This document shows positions 63,301 through 64,000 of a stretch of DNA of 64,000 nt, in pieces. A program made the position numbers and the translations under genes. Source of the stretch: an uncultured Acidobacteriota bacterium (GTDB lineage Bacteria; Acidobacteriota; Blastocatellia; Pyrinomonadales; Pyrinomonadaceae); the NCBI GenBank assembly GCA_963849205.1, contig CAWKGP010000005.1, positions 252,406 to 316,405 of the forward strand. Reading direction: 5' to 3'. Every line of letters begins with the position of its first letter. Positions within the stretch are counted from its first letter, which is position 1. A model generated the notes under the pieces. The model made no database searches. It was not told the DNA's origin and was given only the letters and a program-made list of their open reading frames with translations.

Positions 63301-63744
63301 GCTGTGCGCCTTCAGCGTGCAGCAAGTGGTGCGACAGCGGCAGCTAATCAACTCAGGCCACGTCTCGCAGCGATCAAGCGCGCCATCTCTGAAACGCCTT
63401 CACTGCCACAAAAATTGCAGGAAGACGCAACGGCATTGGATCGACGAACAACTGAAATCCTGCGTGCCTTGAGTGGTGACAGCGCCGCGCGACAGCGAAA
63501 CATTAACACGCCGCCCTCGATCAACGATCGCATCGGCTACGTTGTGGGCGCGCAACGAATGTCCATCTCGCGTCCCACGCAAACGCAGATCGCTCAGTAC
63601 AACGCTGCTGCCCAGGACTTCGAAACTGTGCTCAGCCAGTTGCGCCAATTGATCGAAACAGATCTCGCGCGCCTCGAGAAACAACTCGAAGCCGCCGGCG
63701 CCCCATGGACACCAGGCCGCATTCCGGAGTGGCGAAACCAGTAA
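60388..63744 (+). CDS. Secreted BNR/Asp-box repeat, sortilin(VPS10)/GH74-like double-propeller protein
   Basis: Signal peptide and a Pro/Ser/Thr-rich linker, followed by many Asp-box motifs (YKSEDGGRSWRN, FKTTDGGKTWKN, YKSTDAGATWNK, FRSGDRGGSWER, YRSDDRGDTWQV, TEDGGKNWRK, KTTDAGRTWTS, SVDGGQKWVQ). Confidence 0.85.
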   Translation: MKLSSCALTVISLFVLLPLHVVAQEPPRPPASPSPTPAASPSPTPTPEASPTPRDPMSTPTFNGLRMRSIGPAFTSGRISGFAVDPANPARYYVAVASGGVWKTVNAGITWTPIFDNEGSYSIGAIALDPKNPLTVWVGTGENNSQRSVSYGNGLYKSEDGGRSWRNVGLRTSEHIGRIALDPKDSNIVYVASQGPLWGPGGERGLFKTTDGGKTWKNILNISENTGVTDVVIDPNDPNTIYCASYQRRRHMWTLINGGPESAIYKSTDAGATWNKLRAGLPTVELGRVGLAISPVDSNVIYATVEAADRRGGIFRSGDRGGSWERRNEFDTTAMYYSRIVADPKDVDRIYVMNVFLMVSDDGGRTLRRLGEKNKHVDNHDIWIDPSNTDHYLVGCDGGIYESYDRGQNWDFKQNLPIPQFYDITTDNAKPFYNIYGGTQDNFSFGGPSRTRSASGIVNSDWFVTNGGDGFRSQVDPEDPNTIYATLQHGVIVRFDKRTGERIGIQPQPGRDEDPPRWNWDTPFIISPHLRTRLYIASDKLYRSDDRGDTWQVISGQLSRALDRDKLPVMGKVWGIDAVAKNASTAFFGNASALAESQKKDGLIYVGTDDGLLQITEDGGKNWRKIEKFPGVADMPYVSRIITSNHDANTAYVAFENHQNNDFKPYLLKTTDAGRTWTSLSSNLPKNGPVWAIAEDHVNPNLLFTGTEFGLYFSVDGGQKWVQLKGGLPTIQVRDLNIQKRENDLVVATFGRGIYILDNYAPLRLIKPEMLRQDAAVFPVKDALMYIQSQPLGGRGKSFQGERYYTADNPPFGATVTWYLKEALKTKKEKRQEAEREADRKGAPVGWPTRAELRAEEEEEAPAIIVTITDSSDNVVRRLTGPVSGGVQRLTWDLRYPAANLSAPPPPDADPDFEPPSGPLVMPGTYKAVVAKRVDGVFTQLGPPQQFQITVEGQENMSSADHAALVEFQTKAVRLQRAASGATAAANQLRPRLAAIKRAISETPSLPQKLQEDATALDRRTTEILRALSGDSAARQRNINTPPSINDRIGYVVGAQRMSISRPTQTQIAQYNAAAQDFETVLSQLRQLIETDLARLEKQLEAAGAPWTPGRIPEWRNQ

Positions 63745-63750
63745 GAATTG

Positions 63751-63810
63751 TAGCCGCGGATTGACGCGGATAAACGCAGATCTGCGTTCATCTGCGTTCA
63801 TCCGCGGCTA
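63751..63810. repeat. Hairpin repeat, family E
   Basis: tagccgcggattgacgcggataaacgcagatctgcgttcatctgcgttcatccgcggcta. Confidence 0.9.
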
Positions 63811-63824
63811 AATAGGAGATAAGC

Positions 63825-64000
63825 ATGAAGCGTTGTGCGGTTTTGTTGTTGCTGTTTTGCTGTTTCACGATCCATGCCCAGAAACCACAAACACTCACTG
63901 AAAAGGTCGCGGGCATGGAAAAGTTCCCCGGCTTCTTCCCGTTCTACTGGGACGCGAAAGCAGGAAAGATTTGGCTCGAGATCGACAAGTGGAACACCGA
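63825..64000 (+). CDS. 5' end of a secreted protein, probably a zinc metalloprotease of the DUF5117/DUF4953 type (runs off the window)
   Basis: AGGAG lies upstream of ATG 63825. Product MKRCAVLLLLFCCFTIHAQKPQTLTEKVAGMEKFPGFFPFYWDAKAGKIWLEIDKWNT is open to the window end. The family assignment comes from recalling the FPGFF.FYWD..GK.WLEI N-terminal pattern. Confidence 0.55.
   Translation, partial: MKRCAVLLLLFCCFTIHAQKPQTLTEKVAGMEKFPGFFPFYWDAKAGKIWLEIDKWNT

Overview
Chromosomal segment with about 50 protein genes. Gene content suggests a Gram-negative soil bacterium, possibly Acidobacteriota-like, but that is inference only. I found no rRNA, tRNA, CRISPR array, transposase or prophage. Gene order: RND pump 3' end; hotdog thioesterase; class III cyclase; acyl-AMP ligase-ACP-acyltransferase (frameshifted); BON protein; prepilin-like protein; MoxR-DUF58-spermidine-synthase-like membrane protein; hemE-hemH-hemY; TIR-NB-ARC-WD40 STAND NTPase (frameshifted); ECF sigma/anti-sigma with two DUF4097 proteins; two tandem CBM9/DUF5916 paralogues (the second frameshifted); RND adaptor and pump; aldolase-pncB(frameshifted)-pncA; pgi; MreB-like protein; topoisomerase IB; a stress-type set (small charged protein, YdaD-like SDR, FAD/Rieske oxidoreductase, three unlisted mini membrane proteins); a nine-gene gas-vesicle cluster; two histidine kinases; Rrf2 regulator; rpoD; trxA; ubiX; dienelactone hydrolase; a BNR/sortilin-like protein; start of a metalloprotease. 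Main observations: (1) the gvp cluster has no gvpN/gvpO/gvpC in the window but contains a translationally coupled tandem Get3/ArsA-type ATPase; (2) a lone TIR-NB-ARC-14xWD40 NLR-like gene has highly conserved WD40 repeats and an exact 365-bp internal duplication; (3) at least six families of long hairpin repeats, each arm built from tandem 7-11-nt units, sit at almost every gene 3' end, and one copy lies in frame inside the Get3-like ORF; (4) four genes carry single-base frameshifts, three of them at short homopolymers, which may reflect assembly errors or real decay.
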